64,000 nt of DNA from Eledone cirrhosa (GCA_964016885.1 OZ024742.1:136090001-136154000); one strand, 5' to 3'. Counted from the first letter of the stretch, positions 1 to 13,917 are shown. Translations and numbers: made by a program. The notes: a model not told the origin generated them from the letters alone.

Positions 1-1183
1 TAACGGGACGTCAACTAAGGCTTTCATTATTTGGGAGATGCAGGGCAAAACGCCTGTGCAACAAAGCTAGGAATTTCTTACGTACGTTTGTCGGAACATT
101 TATGGCGAAAATACGGGGAGGAACTGAATGAATTTTTCAGGTTCGTTCCTTCATCTTTTCGATAGAGGACCAGAGATGAAGTAAATAGAATCTTTGAAAC
201 TAATATCTATCAATTCCTTTAATATATATATGGATCAAGGATGTAGTTAATATATCAAAAAAACCCATTCGATAGATTGCATTGAGAGACTATATTCGGG
301 GAATAAGATTAATTCCATTGCCCGTAAAACAATATTTATTAATCTAAGAATCAGCAAGAGATGAGAAGTCATTTGCACAATTGAGTGTATCAACAGGAAA
401 GATTCGGAAGTGGAAGAGTATTAAGCTTTAATGTCAATTAAATATCTGAAAAGACTAAAAAATAGAAATTAAATAGGATCAAGACTAACAATGGCATCTT
501 TGTACAGTCCGATAAAACTAAAACCTCCTGCGAGATTGACAAACAAACCTACGGAGTCAATACAAACATAACGGCATGGTAATGTATGTGTGTGAGAAAA
601 AAACAAACGATATAAGGCTGAGTGAGTGAGTGAGCAAGTGAGAGAACATGGCAAGGGTTATAGTGAGCATCCATCAGGCAGATTAGTAAAGGGAGTGTAG
701 TTTTGTATGAGAGCGGGAAAGATAGAGAAATCTATAGAGCGCGGGTGCGTGTGTGTGCGTGAACGTGAGAAAGTGAAAGAAAAAGAGAGTAAGTATGATT
801 GGTGGAGAGAAAGAAGGTAGAGTATGATTAATGCTGGTCCAGCTTTACAAGACCTGCTGCACGCCAGTATAAATACAGACATACAGCAAAATGAATAAGA
901 GCGGGCAGGCTTGTGCGAATGGGTCATGGGACAAAAATGTTGATATTGCTGTCCATGTAGAGGGATGTTTGTATGTGTGTGTGTGTGTGGGGGGGGGGGG
1001 GGTGTCCTTCTGTATGTGTGTGTGCGTCGGTGCATATAACGTGGAGTTTAGTGAATGCCCATTATGTGTATATGTATGGTGTTTAGACGTATGAATGTGT
1101 GACCGAGAAAGTTGTTTTGTGGACTATGTAGTTATGCATGCGTACATACTATGCTTTCTTTTGATATTAGCTGTGTGGTATGA

Positions 1184-1315
1184 GGTAGAGAATTGGCAAA
1201 ATTGTAGAACGCCGGATAGACTGTATGGCAGTATTCGAACCGATTCGCCGCTCTGGGTTTATATTCCACTGAGATCAACTTCCATTCACCCTTCCGAGGT
1301 TGATACATATCAGAA
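1184..1315 (+). mobile_element. Degenerate tRNA-derived SINE (family A)
   Basis: A-box-like ttggcaaaattgtagaacgccgga and core cattcacccttccgaggttgata align by eye to the intact copies at 15931 and 59343. Confidence 0.6.
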
Positions 1316-1496
1316 GCACCGGATCTTTTTCTCTTCCTTTATCTTTACTATAAATATATAAAGTGTAGTTTAATGCAGTTTCACTTTAAAATATTTTTTA
1401 TTGTATATTGACCGATACGTGCATATATATGTGTGCATGTATGTATATATATATATACATACTACTGTAAGTCTGTATACATATATGTATGTACGT

Positions 1497-1562
<66 letters not shown>

Positions 1563-1842
1563 TGAGAGAGAGTGAGAGAGAGAGAGAGACAGAGAGGGTG
1601 GGGAAAAAGGATTTGAGAAAATGAGATGGGAGAAACAGATGTATGTGTGAGTGTGTTTGCACAGTCCTGGGTGTATTTGCTTCTCCTATAAAATACCGCA
1701 TTAAAACAACGGTGAAGTGTGAACAATCTTGTTTTTATATATACGACCACTAATCAGAGAAGTACTCGAGTACTCGATTCATGGTATGATGTAGAATGGT
1801 GATATCATTGAAAGTAGAGTGTGTATGTATGTATGTAAGTAT

Positions 1843-2248
1843 GTTCTTCTGGTTTTATAATTTCACAAAGTTTTACCAATAGAGAGAGAGTCGGTTTCTA
1901 ACATAGACACAAGACTCTCTCATTGGAACTTACACAACATCAACTAGGTAGGTATATATGCATGCATGTGTAGATATGGATGTTATTGTATGTGTGGATG
2001 TGTATGTTTTGAGTTGTATGTGTGCATGTGTATATGCTTTGCATCTGTATATGTGTATATGCAGTTATTAGATGCAACATTTTTGGAATGTCTTACATAT
2101 TTTTACTGTTCTATTAATGGATTGTACTTGTAATTTCCTAACTAGTTGTGTTATTTCTGTTCCTGTGAAGCCTAGCTCCTCAAGATTTGTATTGAGGCAG
2201 TTACTAACATATCCCAGTGCCCCAATAATCACAGGCATAAATCTGAAA
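1843..2248 (-). mobile_element. 5'-truncated R4/Dong-like (RLE-type) LINE: ORF C-terminus plus 3' UTR
   Basis: Minus frame FRFMPVIIGALGYVSNCLNTNLEELGF...LVRKLQVQSINRTVKICKTF matches the PIxIGALG...LQ...GT C-terminus of R4/Dong proteins; (TGTA)n on both sides. Confidence 0.75.
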
Positions 2249-2300
2249 TGTATGTATGTATGTATGTATGTATGTATGTATGTATGTATGTATGTATGTA

Positions 2301-2338
<38 letters not shown>

Positions 2339-2339
2339 C

Positions 2340-2404
<65 letters not shown>

Positions 2405-3607
2405 CGTGTGTGTGTGTGACAGATTCGAATACCCCAAATTACACCATAACAGTGTGTCCGAAGAGACACATTGTAGTGTATCTTCGCAAATTTATAAACA
2501 AGTAGGGTGGACATGGCTGGAACCTCTTTGAGAGCAGTCTCATATTGGCATCGATTGCATTGACAGTATTTTTCCTGGGAATATATATATGTATGAAGCC
2601 TTTTGCCTATTTAGTGAACAAATAGAGAAGCAAAATAAGAAAGAGACATATAGAGACAATGGAGAGACAGGGTGAGAGAAAAGAGCTATAACAACAAGGT
2701 GCTGGGGTAATAATGCTGACAGTGTATATATTATAATGTTGACGATAGTGTTGTTGTCGTATATATTTTTTAAATGTATTATTTAAAGTTTATATGTATA
2801 AATAAGTGCATCTATGTATGTGGTATATATATATATATATATATATATAATCGTGTAAAAGGAAGGAGAATAGAGAAAACAGATTTGTGCGCAGGAAAGT
2901 TGGGGAGGTGTGAGTACAGGAAGAAAAAGAGACATAGAGAGAAAGAGAGAGGGAAAGAGAAAAAGTATATAAATATTTAGGTTAGGGTAAAATTGGCTTA
3001 TTTCAGCAATCTCGTAAATCAGTATTTGATTTTTTTCTCATCTTTTCCAAAAGCTTGACACACTTACGGGATACCTGGCTTATATCATCAAGGTAATGAT
3101 GTGAAAGGGAATAGGACGATCAAGAGAGGAAATAAAAAGAGAGAGGGAGCGCGTGTATGTGTGTGTGAGAAAGAGAGAGTGAAACTGGGTGTGTAAGGAG
3201 GAAAAAAAGATACATAAAAGCAAATACAGTAAGAGATATAACGAGAGAAAGGAATTGAGAAAAGCTTTTGTGTGTGCATAGGCCTGTGAGTGAAAGGATG
3301 GTCAAACGGCAAGAATGTTTACATTACCTCGATCAGTTTAGATGACACCTTGGACAAGTGCCATTCATAGCGTACAGTAATGTTTCATATAGGTAATGCA
3401 GTGAATTGAAGTCATCACAGCTTTGTGAGTGATATTGAGTAGACAGAATTCTGTTTCAGAATTGCGTTGAGTGTACAAGAGCCTATTGAATACTCAGCCA
3501 CATACATCAAAATGCATAGCTTATTCCGTTGTTCAAACGAAAGATATAGTCCGTGTTGTAAACGACGAAATGCTTTACTTATGTGCGTGCTTTTATATGT
3601 TTATATA

Positions 3608-4920
3608 CAGTGCTGTGCATATTTCAGAGACCACCCCAATAGTTTTATTAAGTTAGGTTAATATTGAACAAGGTACAATTATTAGATGAATATAGTATAT
3701 TAATACAAACATAGAACAAAAACCATTATGCTACAAATTGTCTATTCCTAATTAGTACTTTGTTTGATGACCTTCAGCAGAAAGTACTGCAAGACATTGA
3801 TTCCACCCACGAGGTACAATATTCAGGAGTAACGTGTTGTGTCTATATTGCAAGAATGTTTTGTTGTAAATCGGTAGTTGAGCTGGGATTTGTCTTGGCA
3901 ACTTTGTTTTTTATCAATTTCCAACAGTTTTCAATTTGGTTTAAGTTGGACTTGAAAGTAGCCAAGGTGCTGGCACTACAATATCGGATTTTCGAAAAAA
4001 GATTGGTTAATGGTTTTGGTCCTATGGCAAGGAATACCATCTTGTTGATATATCTTGTAACGATCCATAATGGAACCTTTTCTCGTATGATTTCCAAATA
4101 CAATGTTTACATTTACAGTCTTTCAGGCTGGAATTATGGTCAGCACAGCTCATCCCTTCATGCTTATTGATTCCTAGACCATCAATGATTGTGGATGTTT
4201 AACTGTTGGTTTGACATAACGAGAATTATAACACTGGCCAGGTGGTCATCTTACATGGTGATTATATATGACAAAATGTATAATTAATATTTCATCATTA
4301 AACATTACCTCACTCTATTGAGCAGCAGTCCAGTGATGATACGTGTTGCAGAACAACAGACGGTTATTGATTCTTTTATTTGAAAGTTGAGGCGTGGCAG
4401 CTAGCTTAAAAGCCCGAAGGTTAAAGTCCTTAACACAACGTCGTCAGATGTCCTAGGAAGTTGGCCTTGGATATATGAGCTGGAAGTAGTTGGATTTTGA
4501 CACTGCAAGTCGGCGTATCATGTGATCTGTTTCAACACTTGTCTTGCGTGGTCTTCCATGCTGCTTGTTTGGGTTAAGAGGGCAAGTGTTTTTTAACACC
4601 AGCCTTATAGATACACCCATTCGTAAAGATATTTGGCGCTGAGAATATCCTTCCTCGTGAAGGAGGATGATATTTGTACGTCTTTAGCTTGAAATAACAG
4701 CCATGTTCGTACTCAAAGAACCGTTAAAATGCTGCCTCGGTGTGCTATATACATGAAAATACAACAAATAATGTGATTGTTCGAATTATGTACAATGATT
4801 GAAATTAAAAAAAATAAGTGTGATAATATTTATGCGCTTGTGTGTCTGTGGGTGTATACTAGGGTTACTAATAGTATGAAAGCTAGAATGCAGGTGGTCA
4901 CTAAATTAAGCACAACACTA
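3608..4920 (-). mobile_element. Full-length decayed Tc1-family DNA transposon (~1.3 kb)
   Basis: 28-bp TIRs: CAGTGCTGTGCATATTTCAGAGACCACC (3608-3635) vs reverse complement of 4893-4920 (22/28 identical); TA on both flanks; transposase relic inside. Confidence 0.9.
3752..4704 (-). pseudogene. Tc1 transposase pseudogene with stops and frameshifts
   Basis: MAVISS*RRTNIILLHEEGYSQRQIS (HTH), GRPRKTSVETDHMIRRLA, a frameshifted W..SS..LNQIENCW (WPxxSPDLNPIENxW motif), EYC..VESM and terminal GHQTKY*. Confidence 0.85.
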
Positions 4921-5362
4921 TATGTGTATCTGTGTGGGGGAGCATGATAAAGAATGAAAGAATTATATGTACACTTTTTAAAAAACTTTTACCTTTTCTA
5001 GCCCACTGTATTTATGAAGGGGCACCTTGAATTATTGTTGCTGCACTTTTTCATTCATTGGTTGGTCTTTGATGAATAAGTGACTTTGGCTACTCTGCCC
5101 TCATTTGTGTTTCTTGCAGTGATATAGGTTAGAATCTCAGATATTAGTATGGTCAGATATTACCAGAAAACATCTGCAACCATTCTATGCAGATCTCTCA
5201 AGATATCGACAGTATAATGAAAACCTACGAGCGCTTAATCTTAAGCTCATACAGTGTCAGGTCCGGGCTCTGGATAGGTATAATGATATCTTTGGAATTA
5301 TGGAATGTGGCGCCCACTCAAAGATTCGTTTTGCCCTCAATGTCAAAGTTTCGCGATCCTCC

Positions 5363-5442
<80 letters not shown>

Positions 5443-5609
5443 GCGTGTGTGTGTGTGTGTATTCTTTCAGGGGTTGCAACCGGTAGATAGCATCAGTAAT
5501 GGAAAGACGAATGGAAACATTCTTTCTTTGGTCCGATTCGATCAGTTCCACCCAACACGGTAAGCAAATGTGGTCTTTGATCTTGTCGACCAATTCGATT
5601 CGATTATGT

Positions 5610-5714
<105 letters not shown>

Positions 5715-7202
5715 ATACATACATATATGTGTATACATATATGTGTATACATACATATATGTGTGTGTGTGCGTGTGTGCGTTTGTAGCTATGTGTGTAA
5801 TGCAAAATAACAAAAATGAATAATGATGTCATTTTATTCTCCTACCACATGGTTCTACAAAGATAAATAAAATAAAAAAAGTAATAAACCTTGTTCAAGT
5901 TCCATTATCCATACATGTAATTTACATGTATATAAGATATATTCATATATAAACATTTCAAGGCTGATTCAAGGATTAATTATTAATTTCCCTTATATTT
6001 ATGTCGTCAAGGAAGCGATGTCCGTATAAAGGCACATCGATATAACCACAATATTATTTAATTTTTATTTCTCGCCTGTTCTCTTTCTCCTTTTCTCCCT
6101 TTCTGTTTGTTAATTTAACACTTTTTTTCATTATTGTATATTGAATATTATTGCATATTAAATATTAGGTGGTAACTATTTTTGAGAGTTATAGTCAAGA
6201 TTGGACCAATATGGTTTATTGGTCCCACGTTCAGAATAATCACAAAATATCTCCGACCAGTCATTTCCACATTGCTACCATCTTGGTAATATGCACATGT
6301 AACGATGTAGCATTAAGTGTATTGATCCCCAGGTCACGTATTAACTATGACATTAGGATTGCAATCCCCCTTGTTCCAGTGTAGCCATGCTGCAGTAATT
6401 TTATGTATGTGTGCTGGTAGCTGGTCACTGGAAACGTTACTGCATTGAAATGCATATTTTATTCTTCGATCAACTTTAATATTGCATTTAGGTCTTGCTG
6501 TCGTGTGTAGCAACATTGATTTTTTGATTGTCTGTGATAGTTTCGTTTCGTCAACATAGCTAGTGAGAGTGTGTGATTTTATAACTGATGGCATGTGGCA
6601 TTTCTGATAGAGCTAATGCATACAACAGTGTCTCATTAACAGTGGGCCCCCTTAAGAGGCAATCTCTTAATAGAATATCTCTTTATTTAAGGAGAGTCTC
6701 CGAGCGACACAACTTTCTCAAATTTTTTTCAATGAGAGGGCCTCATTAGCTATAAATGTATGACTTTTGTCTCTTAAGTGTAAACACTCAACTGGTTTTC
6801 TAGTTAGGCAAAATTGACGCAGTATTTGATATACCATTCCTCGATCAATTTTAATGAAGGTCTTTACAAAGTCGAGGTCTATTACATCTACAGAGACTGA
6901 TCCGACTATTAACTAAGCCCACTGAGAAGATGACCAGCCATCCGCGTAGAGGGTGCTAGCAGCAGATAGACCAATAGGACCTGTCTCTTTCACAAGAAGC
7001 TGAAAGGCCGCACACATCTGTCTGGAATCGTTCAGCACACGTTCGTCTTAGTCCGTCAAAGACCGAATTGTGGTTTTGTTATCCCCCTGCGCCTCCACAA
7101 CACGAGCGCATCAAACAACTTTCGTTTGCTCATTTCTTAGAGACGCACCTTAACTTTGACCATGCAACCTTCGTATTTTGCCGTTAGCATGTTAGTTGCA
7201 AT

Positions 7203-7480
7203 ATAATGGAAACTGAAAAGGATTTGTGACTGTCATGAGATGAAGGTCATCCTCATCATTATAGCAGCAGTAGGTACTATATCGAAGAGTTCCTAAGGTT
7301 TGTAGAAAACATTAGCACCCCCCCACCCCTGTCTTTTGGAACACTCTAAAAGACATGCCTACTGGGAACAGCATGAACCCTCCGAAACGTCCTGAATATC
7401 TGAGGCTGCAAGTTGCGGCTTGATGTTCACTGGGGCAAATTTCCCGGTTAAATAACACCGAGATATCAAAGTAATAATAA
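7203..7480 (+). mobile_element. R4/Dong-like LINE 3' fragment ending in TAA repeats
   Basis: Relic frames MKVILIIIAAVGTISKS and KTCLLGTA*TLRNVLNI*, then a short 3' UTR ending gtaataataacaata. Confidence 0.7.
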
Positions 7481-7630
7481 CAATAGTTTCTGAAATAGGC
7501 ACTAGGCCAACAATTTTTGGGGAGGAGAAAATCGATTAAATCGATCTTAGTGCATTACTGTTGTTTTATTTTATCGACTGAGAACTTAAAGAGGCGGAAG
7601 AAATACCACATAGCATTTTTCTGATGTCCT
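7475..7630 (-). mobile_element. SINE family A, degenerate
   Basis: Reverse complement of the SINE 3' half (ggcactaggccaacaattt...aatcgattaaatcgat...ttttattttatcgac). Confidence 0.7.
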
Positions 7631-7689
7631 AAGATGTTTCCTAAATTTCAAAATACAAATTTTCCCAATGTTTCTTAAGTCAATAGAAT

Positions 7690-8120
7690 GTCCACATTTC
7701 TAGCTACTATCTTAAAATATTCTAAAAGACAGTTTGTTGCCAGGGATCTCTTAATGCAAGAGTTAACACATTCGCCCGACATCCGAGAGATGCAGGTTTC
7801 GCCTGCTCGTAAGCAGCACCTCTTTATACTGTTTTCCAAATCTATGGGTATTTTGCCTGATTCTCTCAACTCTTGTTTATAGTGATCAACTTTTATTATT
7901 ATATTTACATTTATGGTAAGACGATTTCAAAATGGCGGACTGAATACTCACTTGTGTTTTTTTCTGGAATATTTTTCTTTTCCTTCTTCTTCTTCTCACT
8001 CTTTATCTTTTTATTTCATCTTTTATTTCTCAGTCTGTCTTCTGATGAAGGACTAGTGTCCAAAATGTTAAGACTCTTTTCCTTTTATTTCAAGCGTTAA
8101 ACCAATATACTTTTTCATTG
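7690..8120 (+). mobile_element. Penelope-like element 3' remnant with decayed hammerhead
   Basis: Relic FILFSKSMGILPDSLN resembles the PLE GIY-YIG C-terminal PxGLN; then gtctt-CTGATGA-aggac tagt gtcc-aaaatgt-ta-agac, in which GAAAC has decayed. Confidence 0.45.
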
Positions 8121-8190
8121 TGTCGTTTGCTTTGTTATTTCGGTCAGCCTTCTACACAACCACACGCACACGCATATATATATATATATA

Positions 8191-8256
<66 letters not shown>

Positions 8257-8530
8257 TGTATAATGAGTTGAGTTGTATTGTTTTTTTTTGTAGTCTGGGC
8301 GGTTCAGGATAAGTCTAGAAAACTAAGCTATAGCGAGCTGAGAGGGAGAAGCTAGAATATAATGTAATACAATAAACGTTAGGTGAAGAGAGGCGTAGAA
8401 AGATGAGTGTGTGAGAGTTAATGATAGAATTAAATGTATAGTTAGGGTTAGAATTAGGATTAGTTGAGTTACCGAGAACAGTCACGTGGCTACAGTCTAC
8501 GAGCATTGTTGCTGGGTAAGTATGTGTTAA

Positions 8531-8570
8531 TTGTTAGAGCTTTCGGATTATAATCCTTCATCAGACTACA
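8531..8570 (-). ncRNA. Minimal hammerhead-ribozyme-like motif (Penelope pLTR type)
   Basis: Minus strand reads CTGATGA-A-GGAT TATA ATCC-GAAA-GC-TC: intact core and palindromic AGCT stem III, but weak stem I. Confidence 0.55.
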
Positions 8571-8739
8571 TTATTCCTGGCTTGGGAAATTCATTACCCG
8601 TTGGTGTATGTATATACGTGTCCAGGTCATTCCGATGGTTTAGGGTTGGCACCTGCTTCCTATTAAAATGTTGTCTGGTGACGAATTACACACACACACA
8701 CACACACGCACACACACACACACACATATATATATATAC

Positions 8740-8770
<31 letters not shown>

Positions 8771-9090
8771 AATAGATCAATAAGTAGATAGACATGTTTA
8801 TAGATAGATAGATAGAGAAATGAACAGATATACAGACAGATAGAGAGAAAGACAAAAAAAAATAAACAAAAGGACAAACAGATAAATAGAGGGACAGAAA
8901 AAGAGGGAGACAAATAGATAGTTAGATAGATATAGATATACATAAAAAGATAGACAGAGAGAGAGAAATATAATGGTAATGATGGACTGACTGAGAGACT
9001 GTTGGTTGAACGGATAGAATTGAAGACTGGGAAAAAAATTGCAGTCAGTATTAGAATAGGGGTGAGAGGTCGTTGAAGGAAATAGCTGTC

Positions 9091-9265
9091 TTCTCATTGG
9101 CTGAATCGGTTGCAGCTTGCCTATTCTTGAAAAAGCTAGAACGTGGAACCCAGGCTTGGCATCATCATCAGCGGCAGCAGGCAAAACGCAACAACAACAG
9201 CAGCAGCATCAGTAGTGGTAGTAGCAGTAGTGGAACGAGCAGCAGCAGCAGCAACAGTCAGTACT
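9091..9265 (+). promoter_or_regulatory. Putative Pol II promoter (NF-Y box plus TCAGT initiator)
   Basis: ctcattggct (reverse AGCCAATGAG, NF-Y consensus) at 9093-9102; TCAGT at 9258-9262; region free of TE fragments. Confidence 0.4.
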
Positions 9266-9583
9266 TGCTGACGAGAGACTGCACTTACTTGTGCTGACGG
9301 TTGAGGAAGGAATATCACATTGAGAAAAAAAAAATAATAACACACACACACACACACACACACATCCCCCACCCCACCTCACAATGAGGGAAAGAAAATG
9401 TGAAAAAAATTCCAAACCAAACAATCAAGTGGAAGAACTTCCTGCACCAAAATTTACTAAACAAGAATTTACAAACGTATAAGGAATTACCATTATTTAC
9501 TTATATTACAATTGCTAGTACTAGTATTAATTCTACTACTAGTAATAATAATAAGAATAACAGTAATTCGTAGGAGTAGTATC

Positions 9584-9644
<61 letters not shown>

Positions 9645-9982
9645 AAAGCAAACAAATTGATAATACGAATGATAACGATAAAACAATAACAATATTGAAT
9701 AATAATAACATCATTATTGTTATAATCATCATCATCATCATCAACATCATCATTACTATTGTTCTTTCAACAAACTTCAAATTAAAGAAGCGGATATTTT
9801 TTCAAAAACAAAAATTACTGCTATATATCTACTCACCCACAAGAAATATATACACATTTATTAAATCACTAAAACGATAAAGGATCACCGGCAACAGGAA
9901 GAACTAAAAACAACAGTAAATTGCCCTTTCTATCAGCAACAGTAACTGAAGCCTGTGAAATTCAGAGGCCATCCTACAGTTT

Positions 9983-10054
<72 letters not shown>

Positions 10055-10133
10055 TATATATATTATATATTATATATATATACATATATTTATATATAGA
10101 TATCGTAACGAATTGTTTTTACTATTACTGTTG
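9260..10133 (+). other. Putative non-coding first exon (5' UTR) of a large gene
   Basis: TE-free, simple-repeat-studded leader from the Inr to donor TTG|GTAAGA at 10133/10134. Confidence 0.3.
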
Positions 10134-11343
10134 GTAAGACACAGACACTAGCTAAGACTCATTTGCTGCTGAAGCTATTTCCTTCTTCTTTTCCGCTTAT
10201 ATATCTATATATACCAAGGACTTTACTTGACAATTCCTTTTCCCTTCAACAAATATCACTTGCTACTATCGCTTTTATTGTATTTTAGATTGTTATACGA
10301 AAGGATATTTTTTGCACTGCTTTCGGATATAGAATACATACATACACACATATATATATATATAATAGAATTGTATCCTCTGATAGCCGTATGTATGCAT
10401 AATTATTATATACTCTTTCTACATTACACATACAAGTGGCCACTCCACACACATAGTACTCTTTGCATATAGATGCCTATAGAATACATAAAGATAACTA
10501 GATAGGTATCGCCACACACAAAATAACCGCGATCACATACAAACAATCGGATACATACGACTATATATATGTTTGTATCTGAGCTATTATCCTATCTACC
10601 TCTCTCTAAACATACCTTAATGTTGGAATTTCTACAAGTGTACGTGCATTCGAAATCTCAATTAAACTTATGTATGCATTTAGTCTAACTCACTACACAT
10701 GACTCCTTCATTCACAGATGATAACAAACGCACAAACACTTGCAGACGCAATATACCTCCATACATCAACATATTCGGTGAATATATAAATCACAAATTC
10801 AGCAACACATTAGAGACATAATTTTCTGGAGGCGAAACTATGGATGTATAATATATACACACACACACACATATATATATATATACACCTGCATAAATAG
10901 ACCCCACACACAGATACAGGTATAAAACTGTCAAAATATTGGATGTTTACTGAGCCTCGCATGACATAGTCATAAAATATGATGTGCATGCGCGTAAACA
11001 TTTTTTTTCTTCTCTGAATCAATGAGCATTTACACATGTGCGTAAAGGAAGCATGCATATGAATGCATTTGTATACATGTGAGTGAGTAGCTGTGTGAAT
11101 GAGTGCATATGCGTGGGCATGAATGAAATCGTGTACTCGGCTTTAGCGTATATTTAAACGAAGGCGTGTCGCTCCACTCTATATATTCATGCATGATATT
11201 TATGCGTATTTGAGTGAGGATGTTTATTTTATAAGAAGGTACACAACAATAATAAAATCTAAAACACACACTCACCTATATTATATATATATATGAAAAA
11301 AAATTAAATGATATTGCATCTCTTTTCCTTATATTGTATATAA

Positions 11344-11434
<91 letters not shown>

Positions 11435-11761
11435 TCTATATATTTGAGATGGAGAAAAAATATTGCTTACACCGGATCTATGGAACATGCTCTGTACCAA
11501 CGTATAAAATTATGTCTAATTGATATCACATCTTTGATAAATTTTTGTTTAACCTCGGATTAATATTAATGGAAAAAGTAAAAAAAAAAAGAAATAACAA
11601 AATTTATGATAAAAAAGAAATTTCGCTCTAAACGAGTGTGAGAAGAATACGACAATAACAACTAGAGTTACAAGAAAAACAACAGACTAACATTACCATA
11701 AGTGAAACAACAACAGCACCGAAACAAATATTACTAACAAGACAAATAATAATAATACAGA

Positions 11762-11807
<46 letters not shown>

Positions 11808-12061
11808 AAAAACAAGTGATTAAAAACAAAACATCTGCAGCAATAACAACTGCAGCAACAATAATATTAAGATTATACCAACTTTTGTGATTATCCTGTT
11901 ACACAATCATTCCACTTCGACTGGGTAAGTACTATATTTACATTATATATATATGTATATTTTTCACATAGATACGTGTTTTATTGCATGTGTTGTTATA
12001 TCTGTCTTTTAAATATTTTAATACGTTTACCAAACATTGAATAATTGCTTTGAACACCAAT

Positions 12062-12146
<85 letters not shown>

Positions 12147-12339
12147 TATATATGGCGTTAGGAAGGGCATCTAACTATAGAAACCAAGCCAAAATCTGCC
12201 CCGGGTGAGCTAAACATGGTCCTATGACCTGATTCTCTCCCTAAGGGTCAACCCATTATTATGTTTCTTTTGTCCTCATTTTGCTCCGGTCCCACCCACC
12301 TAGATATTTCAATCCACATTGTACCGGCTCTTGCAACAT

Positions 12340-12382
<43 letters not shown>

Positions 12383-13769
12383 TAGTGTATCTTACTGGAA
12401 TCAACTATTCATCTTTAACCATGCTGAGATACCGTTTTCAAATGAAGAATAACATCCTCACAGACGATTCGAACCTTGTATGCTATCTCTTAGGAGGGCA
12501 CCTACCTTACAAATTACTCTCATATTCACACATGCAGACAGATTCTCTCTCTCTTTCTCTATCTCTCCCCCTCTCTCTCTCTCTCACTATGTGTAGTAAT
12601 GAATATAAACGAATTACATGGCTATATGGGTGGACGTGTTTATAGGTCTTTTCGGTGTGTTTATGTAACTGACGGGTGTTTAAATAATAGTCTTGAAGTG
12701 GCAGTGTTTTCAGCCAAATAGACGACTAACTCGTTATTCCTCCAATTCAAAATGTTAGCGAAACAAGTTTTGTTTTTCGTTAGTCGTTCTTCCTGTAAGA
12801 ATATCATTTGAATTTTGTCCACTGTCTTAAAAAGGGATACATTGCATAAAGTAAATTCCTGGCCCCAAAAAAGTACACGTTATGGTTATGACTTGTGTAC
12901 TTGTGATCACAGTCGAATCAAAGGAACTAGGAGTCCTGCAATTGACCTCTCGTTGGGTAGTTCTAGCTCACATTTTGTGCATTAAGTTTACATGCACGAC
13001 CATATCAAATGTCGGTTAAACGATTTAAAACACCTATTACAAATACTTCGTAGACTCAGTTAAGATGAAACACTGGATTATATATAGCACCTGAAAAATT
13101 TAAACAAAAAGAGACAAAGTTTTTGAGCAATATTCTAAAATTGTCGTTCTTGTCCCAAGTGTCACCATTTTCTTCTTATTCCGCTGACAAAATATATTTT
13201 TAACAAAAAAGAAAAAAAGAAAAAGAATATTCTTCTCCAAACGAATTGAATATTTCTGAATTTTCGAGGAGTTTTTTTACATTTTAGTCAAATAATATTG
13301 ATACTTATAATGTCGAATATATTTTACAATTAAAAGAAAAAGACAATAACAACATTCCACAAAGTTTTAAAATTTCTTTTGGAGCCCTCTGTATCTGCTC
13401 GCAAGAAACGTAATGAAACATAAAAGTACACGAATGAAAGCCTATACATCGAATGATGTATACATTTTTACAAAAATGTGTTACATATATTCTAATATAC
13501 TTTAAAACTTGGACCATCTTGGGGATAAAACGCAACTGCCAATCCTTTTAATAGATTATGATTTCTGTAAACACGAAAATGACTATTATGGGCACCTGTA
13601 TATATACACGTATATGTGCTTATATAATACGTGTTGAAAGGATATCATAAGACTCAACATCGGTACTTGCTTTAGTGGTGGCTGTGTTACAGCCACGAAG
13701 ATGTGGAGTTATGTCCTCGAGCATTTCGCGTTCCTCCAGTCCAATCTGCTGGCAAAAATTAGTTATACC

Positions 13770-13915
13770 TGTAACATATAGGATCAGTCTTGCCACACAA
13801 TGTCACAGTGCGTTACGGGTACATGTGTTGGTGCAATGCTCAGCCACTTACATGTTAAGTTCACGTGCAAGCTGTCCCGTTTACCAAAGACTGGTCATGG
13901 GACACGACTGAAGTC
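13770..13915 (+). mobile_element. SINE family B 3' portion
   Basis: gccacacaatgtcac...gctcagccacttacatgttaagttcacg; related reverse copies at ~49510-49710 and ~57620-57835. Confidence 0.5.
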
Positions 13916-13917
13916 TA

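Noticed and set aside
790-880. ATTGG plus TATAAATA promoter
   Set aside because: No initiator or downstream exon evidence; such motifs are expected by chance at this AT content
6636-6790. Pogo/Tigger-like TIR start (cagtgggccccc)
   Set aside because: Could not find the matching inverted end or a TSD
6880-7140. RTE-like C-terminal relic on the minus strand
   Set aside because: Motif similarity too weak to call without an alignment
8443-8465. ttaggg telomeric-like repeat
   Set aside because: Only one exact unit within a degenerate hexamer stretch
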